A stretch of 64,000 bases of DNA, from contig CDRNST010000056.1 of the NCBI GenBank assembly GCA_977016875.1, positions 6,324,001 through 6,388,000 of the forward strand. The letters run 5' to 3'. The notes under the pieces were generated by a model, which did no database searches, had not been told where the DNA came from, and worked only from the letters and a program-made list of their open reading frames with translations. The translations under genes were made by a program, and so were the position numbers. This DNA comes from Pavona decussata (Eukaryota). Shown here piece after piece: positions 39,262-51,215 of this stretch; position 1 is the stretch's first letter; the number at the start of each line of letters is the position of its first letter.

Positions 39262-40170
39262 CTAGAAATACGTGACTCGCAAAACCTCGCGAAGCTGAGG
39301 CTGGGTGGAAAACCCTCTTTACTTGTACTGTAGCATCAAATGAGGAGATTACATAAAAGGGGCATGGGATTTTTTTTATGAGCATGGTCTTTTCGTAGTT
39401 CCACAGGCTAGTTTGCGGTTGAAAATCTATTTCTGACGCGATGTAATGTACAAAAGGGCTTGCAGCGCTGTCGTGTTCGATGAAGTTATTTCCCACGGAA
39501 AATTATTTTACCGCGGCCACAAACGTGTAATTTCTTCAATGCAATCTTTCACAAAAAAGATTTCTAAAAGAAAGGGAAAATATTCTGGAGAGATAGTTCT
39601 GTATCCAGTGAATATTGATGAACATTGCAGTTGTAATTTGATCATGCACTCATATTATTTCCGATGTATGCAAATTTTGCTCCACACGACGGCAGACAGT
39701 CTGACATCATTCTGCGGTTGAAAATCTATTTCTGACGCGACGTAATGTACAACGGGCGTGCAGCGCTGTCGTGTTCGATGAATTTATTTCCCACGGAAAA
39801 TTATTTTACCGCGGCCACAAAACGTGTAATTTCTTCAATTCAATCTTTCACAAAAAAGATTTCTAAAAGAAAGGGAAAAGATTCTGGAGAGATAGTTCTC
39901 TATCCAGTGAATATTGATGAACATTGCAGATGAAATTTGATTATGCACGCATATTTTTTCCGATGTATGCAAATTTTTCTCAGACGACGCCAGACAGTCT
40001 GACGTCATTCATACTTTGTTTGCACACTGTTGCCAGGCAACAGCACGGAGACCTTCACGGAAATATATAAACATACATATATATAAATATATGTTCGGCT
40101 CGAATTCGCACGGCTTAGCTCCCGAGCGCGGCCTTCGGCCCGACAAATTTATTAACCTCGCTTTGCGAGG
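39262..40170 (-). mobile_element. Helentron/Helitron2-type non-autonomous element (HINE/DINE-1-like)
   Basis: Inserted at a TT/AA site (host frame LNSY|NEAF rejoins); 5' hairpin CCTCGCAAAGCGAGG; subterminal IR GCTTCGCGAGG; 3' CTAG; AT microsatellite; 299-bp internal tandem repeat (39414-39712, 39713-40010). Confidence 0.75.
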
Positions 40171-40707
40171 AACGAGGCATTTGATAAAGGTGAATTGTCA
40201 ATATCCCAAAGAAGGGGAATATTAACCCTAATACCCAAAGAGGATATTAACTTGACTGATTAAAAGAATTGCCGCCCTATATCTCTGCTCAATTTGGATT
40301 ACAAAATTCTTTTGAAAATACTAACTAAGAGACTGAAACAATTTCTACCAAATTTAATCCACTCTGATCAAACTGGTTTTGTTCGTGGGAGATATATAGG
40401 CCAAAATATCAGCCTTTGAACGACATAATGCAATTTTCAAATAATAAACAACTTCCAGGAATCTTCCTCTTCGTGGATTTTGAAACAGCTTTTGATACCC
40501 TGGAATGGAGCTTTATATCAAAAACTTTAGAAGCCTTTAATTTTGGACCAAATTTTAGAAAGTGGTTCTCTGTACTTCATAACATACAAAGTTCTGTCTT
40601 AAATGGAGGATACACAACTAATTACTTTCAAATATCAAGAGGAGTACGACAAGGATGTCCACTCAGTCCTTCTCTGTTCATTCCTGCAGTGGAACTGTTA
40701 GCATTAA

Positions 40708-41492
40708 AGTGTATATGACACGAAATCTTTTATCAGCTTATTAGGAAGAGCTTTCAAAATGATGAAGAATGGCATTTATTTTATTGCGATAGCATTCTTG
40801 GTTGCCGAGTTATGCAAGATTTAGGCTTATGCAAGTTAGACAACTTGTCAGGTCACAAGACTGACACAAAATGAAGGGAAATCACAAAAAATGGAATATC
40901 TCTTAAGCCTTTTTCTGTATAGAACTGAAACTTTGTAGAGTTGTTATACTCATCACAAAGTTTCATGATATGATCCACTATGACATTTCCATGGCAACAC
41001 AATGGGCTCCAGGCCCTCACCATCCAAAGGATAAAATCAGAGTTTCCCTTCCCAAGAAGCGCTTATTGCTCTTGATGTTTATTCAGTGGGTGTGAGGGAA
41101 TATGGACATAACACAGCACAAGTATAAGAAATTCTGTTTGACTGTGGAGCAATAAATACGGCATTTGTTATTTTGGGAAGGTAGAGGTCTGGTAACGAGT
41201 ACGTTGCTATGGTGACATCATAGCCACTATCACAATGTGTAGTTTTGTCAGCACATCAACCCTGCAAAATTTCAACCCTGTAGATGTAGTATTTGCGTAG
41301 ATATTCCAAATTTTGTGATTTCCCTTCATTTTGTGTCAGTCTTGTGACGTCACAAGTTGTCTAATTTGCATAAGCCTAAATCTTGAATAACTCGGCAACC
41401 AAGAATGCTATCGCAATAAAATAAATACCATCCTTCATCATTTTGAAAGCTCTTCCTAATAAGCTAATAAAAGATTTCGTGTCATATACACT
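40708..41492. mobile_element. Kolobok-type MITE with ~180-bp TIRs
   Basis: TTAA duplication (40704-40707, 41493-41496); AGTGTATATGACACGAAATC / GATTTCGTGTCATATACACT; host frame LLAL|RIR rejoins. Confidence 0.9.
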
Positions 41493-42669
41493 TTAAGGAT
41501 ACGTCAAAGTCCACAATGTAAAGGTATTCATATTCCGGGTGACCAAGAAGTGAAAATTTCACAATTCGCAGACGATACCACTATCATAACTGACAACCTA
41601 GGGTCTCTTAAATCACACCTTCGAATAATCGAGTCATTTGGGAATGCGTCAGGCTTAAAGTTGAATGAAAAGAAAACTACGACAATGTGGTTAGGAACAA
41701 TGAAAAACAACAATTCTAAAGTACTAAGTTTCAAAACCCCGAAAGATCCAATTAGTCTTGGGAACTTTCCTATCGTACAACGAAGAGAAGAATATTAAGG
41801 AAAACTTTATTAAAAGAATCAGGAGAATGAAAGTTAAACTCAACTTATGGCTTTCGAGAGATCTCACGCTCTATGGAAAATCACTACTAGCTAAATCATT
41901 AGGTGTATCTCAATTAGTTTACGTAGCCTCTATGCTTTCTGTCCCAACCAAAATAATTAAAAATGTTCAAAGTGAACTTTTCTCGTTCCTGTGGAAAAAC
42001 AAAAAAGACAAAATAAAGAGAGCGGTCATTTACCAACCCCCCAAGCAGGGAGGACTGCATTTCGTCAATTTTACTATGATGGTTAAATCATTACGACTAG
42101 CCTGGATAAGTAAATTTTTAAGCGATACTAACGACTCATGGAAAGCAATTCCAAATTATTATTTTTCTGATTATGGTGGCCTGCAGTTCCTTCTGAAATG
42201 TTATTACAATGTTAACTTTAGTAACAAAAATATACCTATCTTACATTATTTCTACGAGATTAAGAATATAACTAACATTTTTCCTCACAGTGAATTCATA
42301 TTGTGGAACAATGAAGCAATAACTATTGAAAATAACATGTTATTTTGGAAATCCTGGTTTAATCAAAAAGTCCTCTTTGTGCAAGATATCTTAAATACCA
42401 ATGGAAGCTTTTAACATTTGAGGAATTCCAAAGCAAATTTAAAATTAAAACAAACTTTCTTGAATATTTTCAATTGATGGCGGCAATTCCGTCGGATTTG
42501 AAAAAGAAAGCCCCGATGACTGAAAAAACGGAGCTATCAAATACAACGATGGTGCCAGGTACCCTAACGGATCTCGCTAGCATGCGCTGTAAGCATTACT
42601 ACAAGATAATTAATGAAAGCAATATCATCGAACCATCTTGTATCAAAAAGTGGAAACCTATCTACCCAG

Positions 42670-43988
42670 AAGGATGCAAACGAGTCCAGCGCATGTGTCT
42701 TTCCGACAATCATCTCTTCATTGTGCACAACAGTGGTCTTTCAAAGTTCAGCATGAGGGAAGGGGCCATGAATGGCTCAGTACTTCAGAATGGTAGTGTT
42801 GCATGTAGCAGTGTTCACTCAGTTGCTCCACTGCCAGATGGAAGCATTGTGTTTACTGATCAAGACAGCAGACAGGCAAAGGAACTCCGAAAATGCGGCA
42901 CTGTGGCAGTGATAGCTGGTACAGGAGAAGAAAGCAACAAAAATGGTTCAGGGAGCCATGCTGCGTATGGGCGTATGTACATAAGGGAGCAATGTATTTG
43001 TCAGAGATAGCCAGATTGGTACTGTGAAACTCGTGACAACAATCAGAGGCACTGTTGAGTTTTTAGAAAATCTAGGAAAGTTTTACCGCGCATTCTCAGT
43101 CCATTTTAAACATCAACAAATTGAGAAGCACACACTCAACGAGGCACATCAAATGGTACCGGGCGTTTCCAGCTATTTCATGTCTACGGTTGATGAGGTG
43201 AAGACCACGTTGAAATCAAACCGTGTCACTAACGGCCAAGAAGGTACTATTGCAGCCAAAACTGCAATCTCACTGGAGCTGGTAAAGAAAGGCCTTCAAA
43301 GGCTCGACGCAAATTTCAGCGAAACAAACCCAGAGTATAAGATCAAGCCTGAAGTTTGTCTGACAATACAAGTTGAGAATCTTCACGCCGTGACTAATTT
43401 CAAGCATCCTACACGTACTGTTTTAGACTATGCAAGAGATTTCAGGAACGCAATGCACAAATCTCTGAAACGCACAACAAACTGGGTGGCATACTACTTC
43501 ACCCATCCCCAATCGTATTATCCAGTTCCAGAGAACAAAATTGCTAAACATTCTAAACATGAAGCATTTGCCTGTTAAAACAATGTTCCGAACAACTTTT
43601 CATGCAAGAATGGGCTCAGGAGCACGAGAGAGCTGTGCGGCAATTAACCATCAGGCAAACAACACAAAGCATGCAGCAGGAACTTTGCCATTACATATGT
43701 ATCGGAAAGAGCTACCTGTAGGAGAGAAGATCGCCACACAGTCCACCATCCTTGACAGCAACACGGATGAAGTTAAAAACATTGAAAATAATGATGAACA
43801 GCAATCAGAATATGACTCTGCGTCAGACGAGGAGGATCTCCAAGCTGAAGAAATGGCGAGCGAAGTGGGGAGTGACATGTTTGAAACCAGCTCAGACTCA
43901 TGTGAACTTTTTGTCTAAAACGATCCGCACTAGTCTGGGGAGGACTATCACGTTATCGCACAGAGCACTTTCGTCATATTTAAGGTAA
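42670..43988 (+). pseudogene. NHL-repeat (beta-propeller) protein relic with conserved-looking C-terminal domain, probably TE-encoded
   Basis: SVAPLPDGSIVFTDQDSRQ, VAVIAGTGEE...NG...A, NVFV.DSQIGTVKLV, then CLTIQVENLHA...YYFTHPQSYYPVP and an acidic tail; no introns. Confidence 0.65.
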
Positions 43989-44487
43989 GCAACATTAAAA
44001 ATATAGCAAGTGTTTGTTTAATGAGCTGTTTCTCTAAAATCCATGCCTGCCAGTGTCTGTTTACTGTTGCAGTCAGCTACCCAAAGCTGTCTACCGAAAG
44101 CTGTGACTGAAAAAATGCAGGGATAATCATGACCTCAAAGACGTCACTGGTTGGGAAAAACAAGGGGCAAACCAGACCCTTCCTGTACTTAAACATTAAA
44201 AGTGAATGAATGCGAATACCCATAGTTTATTTGGTGCAATGACACTTGAAAAGCTTGTTGTTTGAGGTTTTTGTAATTTCTTGACTACAACAGTTAACCA
44301 TGAACAGATAGAAACGGTCAGAACTAGGATATATTCAGAAAACATTTTCCCAGAGTATGTGATTTGGGAAATGACATGAACAAGCTATGTGATTCGGGAA
44401 TTTACGAAACATTAGCCCGTGATTCGGGATCCAAACCCCCCCCCCCCCCCCCCTTCCCCCCTTCCCTTCCAGACCCTGCACAAAAAA

Positions 44488-44600
44488 AGCCCAAGGAACC
44501 CGAGAAAACGGCAACACAAAGTAAGCCCAAGGAACCGGAAAAAAGGCAACACAAAGTAAGGCCAAGGAACCGGAGAAAACAGCAATCAGGAAGGAAAGCC
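44488..44600 (+). repeat. ~35-36-bp minisatellite, 3 copies (AAGCCCAAGGAACCGGAGAAAACGGCAACACAAAGT)
   Basis: Direct inspection. Confidence 0.8.
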
Positions 44601-45629
44601 AAGACCTGCAGGTGACACCAACCGATAAACAGAGCCAACAAACAATAATTGCAAATATAACGGGTATGTATATGTATCTGTTGGTGAGGCTGTCCATACC
44701 CCTGAGCCATTAAAAAAAAGAGGCGCCAAATGGCAAGAGTCAGTTTAGATTTTGATTACATGTCATTTATTATATACATACTATTTAACAATTATTCCCC
44801 GCAGTGGAGGTGGCTAGTGCTGGTGTTTTAGTATATACCAAACCAGTAAGATAGAATCCCCAAAATAATTTATTTGTTATCTCTCAGAATCCTGCAAAAA
44901 AGTCTTTCGCAAATACATTGGTGCACTGGGAGGTGAATAGCACATGCTATCCCAACTTTGAGTAGCCAACCAGAGTGCGCAATTATTAACACACTATCCA
45001 CTGGCTTGGTATATACTTACTAATTAACGCCATTATATTATCAGAAATAATATAATTTGCTTTATAGAAATTTATAATGATAACTAAATTGATTTATTAA
45101 TTGAACATTTTAATTATTAAAACATTATTTACAGGATCATATTTTGATCTTGAACTTAAACGTACTAGTGCCGCTTATAAGAATTTATTATTATTACTGC
45201 TGGCCAGTGGATTGATTATTTAATTACTTATATTATATGCTTCATTATGATCATTACCTTATTTCAATTATTTATTAACTGTGATGGGTTTCTATAATAA
45301 TATAGATAGTTTGGTTTATTTTACAAAACATTTCTAGATTTTATAACTTTATATTTTAATAATGAAACATTGTATTTTGATTAGCCTGTTCTGGTGATCG
45401 TTAACTAAAAATAAATTGTTGTTTCAGAGTTAAATTGCCTGTGTTTAATTTACTTAATGAAATTGCTACATTTTGGTTTCACTAGAGGCTAGGACTTGGT
45501 GCCGGACTTGCAACGATGATTTGACTGCATAGATCATGGGCATGCGCATGATCTGCATGCATATATATGTGATATGTCCGGCCAGGTACCATACCAGATC
45601 TGAGATGACCAAGATAAAGTGTAAAAGAA

Positions 45630-45924
45630 TGTGAAACTGAAATTTCACATGTTTACACGTCAATCAAAACAAGTTTCACAAAGTTTTTCACATCATATAG
45701 TCTATACAAAGCAAGATGTGAATTTCCTGTTTCACATAGGTTTATCACAGGTTTCACATAGTTATTCACATCATATCATTAAGCCTAGTTCTACTATGCA
45801 TGATGTGAATTTCCTATTTCACATAGTTTTTTCACATCATCCATGATGTGAAAAAGCAGGTGAAATTTTCGCGTGTCTTTTACATGATCTTCACATGCTT
45901 TTCACATGGTTTACTCCAGTAGTG
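45630..45924 (+). mobile_element. CACTA/EnSpm right terminus
   Basis: Many TTTCACA(T) / TGTGAA subterminal repeats ending in TAGTG (reverse complement of CACTA), directly abutting an unrelated coding relic. Confidence 0.7.
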
Positions 45925-46090
45925 TCAGCAGGGTCTATGACATTCTTAATCACAAATTCCTTACAAGGGGTCACACCTTCCTCAGGAACGACTCTGACTT
46001 TACCCAAATCGAAAAGAGGAAGGCAAGTGCAACAGTGTTTCTTCCGAGTGATTGGTTTTTGGTGGTGAGAGAAGCCAACTGCCAAAACTC
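45925..46090 (+). pseudogene. Sola1-like transposase fragment
   Basis: [21 protein letters not shown]....VF.P.DW..VVR.A. Confidence 0.7.
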
Positions 46091-46094
46091 CTCA

Positions 46095-46513
46095 TCATTG
46101 TGTGGTGGTTTTAAGTGATAGATGAACACGTGTTTATCGTAGTTTAAAATCTGGTTGTGCCTCCGTGCAGTTTATTGATATCATATTTGGAGTACAGTAA
46201 TATTGTCATTCACGAGTAGGTCATTTAGCGAGTGAGGTCATAGCGAGCACGTGATCCCATACTGTTGTTACCCTCACTCCCACCCTAGGGGTATTAGCTT
46301 GGTTTCGAATAAGGCCCAATTGTTCACGTCCATCATTGTGAGGTGATTTTAAATTATATATTTATTTCTTTAGATTAGCTAATTGGTGATCTGTCTCGTA
46401 TGGAGTGTTCTACTCTTTTACAGATTATCCTTATGGCTTTTTTTTCTTTCTTTTTTGTGTATATAGATTTATTGTACCATTAAATTGTAATAAATAAATA
46501 AATAAATAAATAA
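46095..46513 (+). mobile_element. LINE 3' UTR with (TAAA)n tail
   Basis: (TAAA)6 at ~46491-46514 ending a non-coding segment that interrupts coding relics. Confidence 0.5.
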
Positions 46514-46514
46514 A

Positions 46515-46770
46515 GAAACAAGTGTAAAGAACGTGGTTCAAGCAACGCATTGACCAAAACTGGAAAATGCCCAGTCCACTTTATTTATGTTTGGCCGTCA
46601 AGTGACAAAGATAATCGTAGATGGCTTGGCGTGTTATCCTCAGATGGTGGAAAACTTAAGCACAATCATACCAAGCCCGCTGAGCACAAGATATCCAGTA
46701 AAGTGTCAGAAGATATTCAGCAAGTAGTTCATCAAGACATAACCAACACGTCCAAAGATTTATTGAAAGG
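46515..46770 (+). pseudogene. Possible MULE-type DNA-binding (C..C..HxH) exon fragment
   Basis: KCPVHFIYVWP...RRWLG...HNH..P, ends at AAG|GTGTG. Confidence 0.35.
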
Positions 46771-46875
46771 TGTGCTACGTATACATTCATTAATTACGGT
46801 AGTCGAAATTTTACTTATAGTGAAACAATCAAATATGTGAAAGAACATACACCCCACTTTAACTTGTTAAAAGTT

Positions 46876-47135
46876 GAATAAATAAATGTAAATATATCAA
46901 ACATATATTTCGAACTGCAGATGAAAGATCATGCAACTTAAAAAGTTGCCAAAAGAAAGCCTGAAAAAATTCAGGCTTGTATGGGATTCAAACCCATGAC
47001 CTCTTCAAGGCTGGTGCAGTGCTCTTACCAACTAAGCTATCAAGCCAACTGGGAGCTGGTCATATTGTGAGTTCGTAATATACCCGTGAAGGATGAATAA
47101 ATAAATGTAAATATATGAAACACCTTTTGAACTGA
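46876..47135 (-). mobile_element. tRNA-derived SINE-like repeat with terminal direct repeats
   Basis: Minus-strand A box TAGCTTAGTTGGTAAGAGC and B box GGTTTGAATCC; direct repeat GAATAAATAAATGTAAATATAT at 46876 and 47095; second fragment at ~47610-47690. Confidence 0.75.
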
Positions 47136-48309
47136 GGATACAAGACCAAATACCTGGTGGTATCAAAAAACGAAAAAATTTATTTACTTAACAGAATATG
47201 AGTTGTCCTATATGGTTGGCATGACAACGTCGAGAATAAAAAGACACTTAATGTTACTTTACTTATCGCAAAACATATCTTCTCAACAAGCGCATGCGAC
47301 AGCAAGTTAACTTTCGAGAGCTTTCTGATCTGCCTTAAACACCAATTAGATATTATAAAAGAAAGTTACTTAGCAAATAATCAATTTAATAATTTTCTTT
47401 CTGTATTGTAGTTATTATACATATTTTTGTAATACCACTAAATATATTGTTCACCTCATAATTGTACTTTTGTAAATAATACTTCCAGTTTAATCTTTTT
47501 TTTTTTTTGCTACTACATACTTTTCTTTATCGTACTTGCATTGTACCTAGCTTCTTGTTGTGTTTTGTCAATAAAGATCATTTTTAAATACAAAAAACAA
47601 AAATAGAAGAAAGTTCCTCGCAGTTTCTACACAACTTAAGCAGTTGTGAGAAGAAAGCCTGAAAAAAAATTCAAGCCTAATTTTTTTCAGGCACAGGAAG
47701 GTAATTGAAACTATTCTAAAAGCAACAAGAAGTTGAGGACCACAAAAACAGAAGTGGAAATGATGGGAAACTTGGATATTTTACGAAACTAGTTCCAGGC
47801 TCTCTCCAGTCCTCAAAGATATATCCCAATGCGGAATTTTACTTACCACTTGACCAAACTGTGAACCAACCGGTTTTTCCTTCAAATGGTAAACATCCAG
47901 TGTTCACTTCTCTGTACTGGCGCCTAGTCCTTTCTCTTTACCCAAATGCCTGGTTACTTAGCTGCTGTTCATTTCATGGTATAATCCATCTTCAGACCAA
48001 AACGAGTTTCAAAGTTATCGATAACTGCCTTTGAAAATGTAGATGAAATCTTATTAAAAGGGCTTCTCTATTCTGTGATATCGAAATATAGCATCCAGGA
48101 AAGGTATGAAGAGCACGCCTTAACGGTAAAAAGCATTCAAATTTGCTAAATAAGTTCATGAAACAATGTTTTTCACAAAGTAGCGGCATCAAACATCATT
48201 GACTATTTTTAAAGTGTTTAGTTTTTCTTAAAATCAAGTGTCAAAGTTGGGGTTGGGGCTTATCTAAGAGAGCGACTTATACAAAAGTTTGAATTTTCAG
48301 TATCACCCT

Positions 48310-48805
48310 TATTTGAGAGAGAGAAGCACCTGGAAACGGTCATCAGGAGGATTCTTCCCAAAGAAATTGCAGATTCTGTCTGCAAGAAAGACTCCAGGCT
48401 AGCCCATCTTTATGGCCTCCCCAAGACCCATAAAGACAGCTTGTGATGCGGCCCGTCTTGTCTGCAACAGACACATACAACTATGCTCTGGCAAAGTGGC
48501 TGGACGAGAAGTTAAACCATTATCAAGCAATGATAACATGATATCCAACATCTTTCAATTCTCAGAAAAGATCCAACATCTACAAATCGGTGAGAATGAT
48601 TTCCTGGTGTCATATGACATCACAGCCCTATTTACTAACGTACCTTTAGAAGAAACTATTCAGATTTTAGCAAAGAAAAAATTCAATGGGAACTGGTTTA
48701 ACACACACAACTTTAACATCTATGAGGGCGACCTAATCGAGCTGCTTACAATCGCAACCAAAGATCAGCTTTTCCAATTTAACAGTGATTTGTACAAGCA
48801 ATTTG
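48310..48805 (+). pseudogene. Penelope-like element reverse transcriptase fragment
   Basis: LYGLPKTHK...RP.LS....Y.Y.LAKWL, LVSYDITALFTNVP..ETI, FQFN...YKQ. Confidence 0.88.
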
Positions 48806-49470
48806 TACTAGACACCGTCCCCCTAAATATTTCTCGAGGAATAAGCTACCAGCACACTTTCCGGAGGAGTTTGTCCTTGTAAAGGGAAAGTGCTCTGTAG
48901 ACAGTAGAAGGAGAAACGTACCAAGGAAAAGTGTCTTCAGAGAATGAAATTTTTGCGTCATCCTTTGGATCACCAACCTAGGGAAGTCAAGGGTAAGCTG
49001 TCATAATATTATGTTCTAAAATGTACCGATGCTGATATTGCAGGTAAAAATTACTTCAGGAAAAGGAAATGTTTGCTTGCAAATAGGATTTGTATGCCTC
49101 TTCTTCCAAGTGAGTATTTTTTCAGTTCCCTGGGGGTCTGGGACTTGGGGTGGCAGGTATTCACATTTTAGCCGATACCCTTTAGGTATCGTATGCTGGC
49201 CATGTGACCAGGCATCCACGTGAGTGTTACTTCAGTTCATCTTGACGGTGGTTAAAGACATGCTTTTTCATTCGAGGTGAGTTTCATCATTTTTTACCCC
49301 CTTTAGTAGTTTCTCCTGGCTCATTTGTTTTTGCAAGCTAAAAGCTTTTCATCTTCGTTCGATTTGTCTTTTTTTTGGATATCGGTTGGGTTGGATTGTA
49401 GTTTGGTTCCACGTGTGCATAGTCGATTTCACAATTTTTCTTAGGTTCTTTCTCTGGCTTGGTCTCTTCC

Positions 49471-50191
49471 ATGGTTAGCTCACCTCCTGCAGTTCTTATA
49501 TTGGGCCATTCATTTGTTCGAAGTCTAAGTTCAGACCTCTCATCCAATTTCGATGCTCATGCTTCTGAGCATTTTGATCTCGTGGGTGACATCGTGATTC
49601 ACTTGCACGGCGTTAGTGGTCGTACTGTGGAGAAACTTCGCCTTTATGACATAGTAGGGTACGTAGTTCCCGGTGTTGTGGTCTGGTCTTTGTGCGTATA
49701 TTATCATGGTTGGGTGGGAAAATGCTCGGAGATATTAGCTGCATTAAGCTACTCTACAATCCGAGGGTAAATAAAGATTGATGATGATGATGATGATGAC
49801 CTTGGTGTTGTTTCGGCTCTTCGACCTGATATTATTATTCTTGAAATAGGCACTAATGATCTTGTTGATGATCGATGAGGTTGTTGGTTCCGAGATTGAT
49901 GATTTGGTCCAATTGCTCTTCGCATCTTATTCAGTACGTGTCATCGGTGTTTGCGAGGTGATACCTCGTGTTCGCGCGTCGTTCCTTAACGTGGCAGCAC
50001 CGATCCTTAATCAGTATCTAAACGGTATTCTAGAGCTTCGCCCCAATGTTTTTTCCTGGCGTCACAGGGGTTTTAGTAATCCAACTGTCAGTCCTTATTT
50101 GTGCGATGGTGTTTACTTGAACTCTCGCGGTCAGTATTCCCTTTATCGCAGCTATCAGGGAGCCATCTTGAAGGCCCTTCACTTGCTTTGA
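49471..50191 (+). pseudogene. SGNH/GDSL hydrolase (copy A), interrupted by a LINE tail
   Basis: VLILGHSFV, HGVSG, PDIIILEIGTNDL, DGV(Y)LN blocks. Confidence 0.88.
49651..49800 (+). mobile_element. 150-bp LINE 3' fragment with (GAT)n tail
   Basis: AATAAA followed by (GAT)n; ATGAC duplicated; host frame LYD|LGVV rejoins and matches KYDLGVL of copy B. Confidence 0.85.
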
Positions 50192-50307
50192 TCTTCTTTA
50201 TACCTAGGAATTTGAGCTCTCGTGCCTGGAGTTCATTTATTTGTGAGCACCTTAAGGCTCTGGTTATATTTATTCCCTGCGCTCGTGTTGTTCATTCGTG
50301 TTTTATG

Positions 50308-51027
50308 GAGCCCTTGTTGCTCTTGATTGTTTATGTTTTGTTTTAGAGCCCTTGTTACTCAAAGTTGGTTTATGTTGAAGTCCTTGTTGCTCTAAACTGT
50401 TTTATATTAGAGCCCTTGTTGCTCTCAATTTATTTTATATTAGAGCCCTTGTTGATCTCAATTTATTTTATATTAAATTTATTTTATATTAGAGCCCTTG
50501 CTGCTTTCAATTCATTTTATATTAGAGCCCTTGTTGCTCTCAATTTATTTTATATTAGAGCCCTTGTTGCTCTCAATTTATTTTATATTAAATTTATTTT
50601 ATATTAGAGCCCTTATTGCTTTCAATTTATTTTATATTAGAGCCCTTGTTGCTCTCAATTTATTTTATATTAAATTTATTTTATATTAGAGCCCTTGTTG
50701 CTTTCAATTTATTTTATATCAGAGCCCTTGCTGCTCTCAATTTATTTTATATTAAATTTATTTTATATTAGAGCCCTTGTTGCTCTCAATTTATTTTATA
50801 ATAGAGCCCTTATTGCTCTTGTTTAATTTTATTTTATGTTGAGCCCTTGTGGTTCATGTTTCTTTAAATTAGAGCCCTTGTTGCTCTTCGCTGTTTTATA
50901 CTAGAGCCCTTGTTGCTCGCAATTTTATTTTGTTTCATTTCATTTTAGAGCACTTGTTGCTCTCAAGTTATTTTATATTGAGCCCTTGTTGCTCGTGTTT
51001 ATTTGAAATGAGGGCCCTTGTTGCTCT
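50308..51027 (+). repeat. Array of ~20 stem-loop units AGAGC-CCTTGTT-GCTCT with T-rich linkers (33/49-bp period)
   Basis: Direct inspection; AGAGC and GCTCT are complementary. Confidence 0.92.
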
Positions 51028-51215
51028 CAATTTTGTTTTGTTTATTTTATTTTTTGCTCTCAGGTTATTTTGCTTAACATTATTTGCCTTGACAGGCGCC
51101 TGCGGTGACATTTTGTCAGCCATGCCTGTGAAGTTGCTTAGTATATTCAGTGCCTGTAATTTTCCTTAGCAGTGTTGATTCTCGGTTTTCATTTTGTTTC
51201 CTTTTTTATCTGTAG

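Larger units (their letters stand above)
37772..42670 (+). pseudogene. L1/Tx1 LINE ORF2 (APE endonuclease plus RT), interrupted twice and 3'-truncated
   Basis: LSLNVRGL, LQET, GDWN, SRIDFFL, PDH, WKFN, GEK.TKYFF, KSP..DG, GVRQGCPLSP, QFADDT. Confidence 0.93.

Noticed and set aside
42474-43010. Tx1 ORF2-NHL chimeric gene (continuous 178-aa ORF)
   Set aside because: Both halves are frameshifted relics; most likely a chance in-frame deletion junction at ~42670.
44782-45020. Possible short MITE starting TATTTAACAATTATTC
   Set aside because: Matching right TIR and TSD could not be established by eye.
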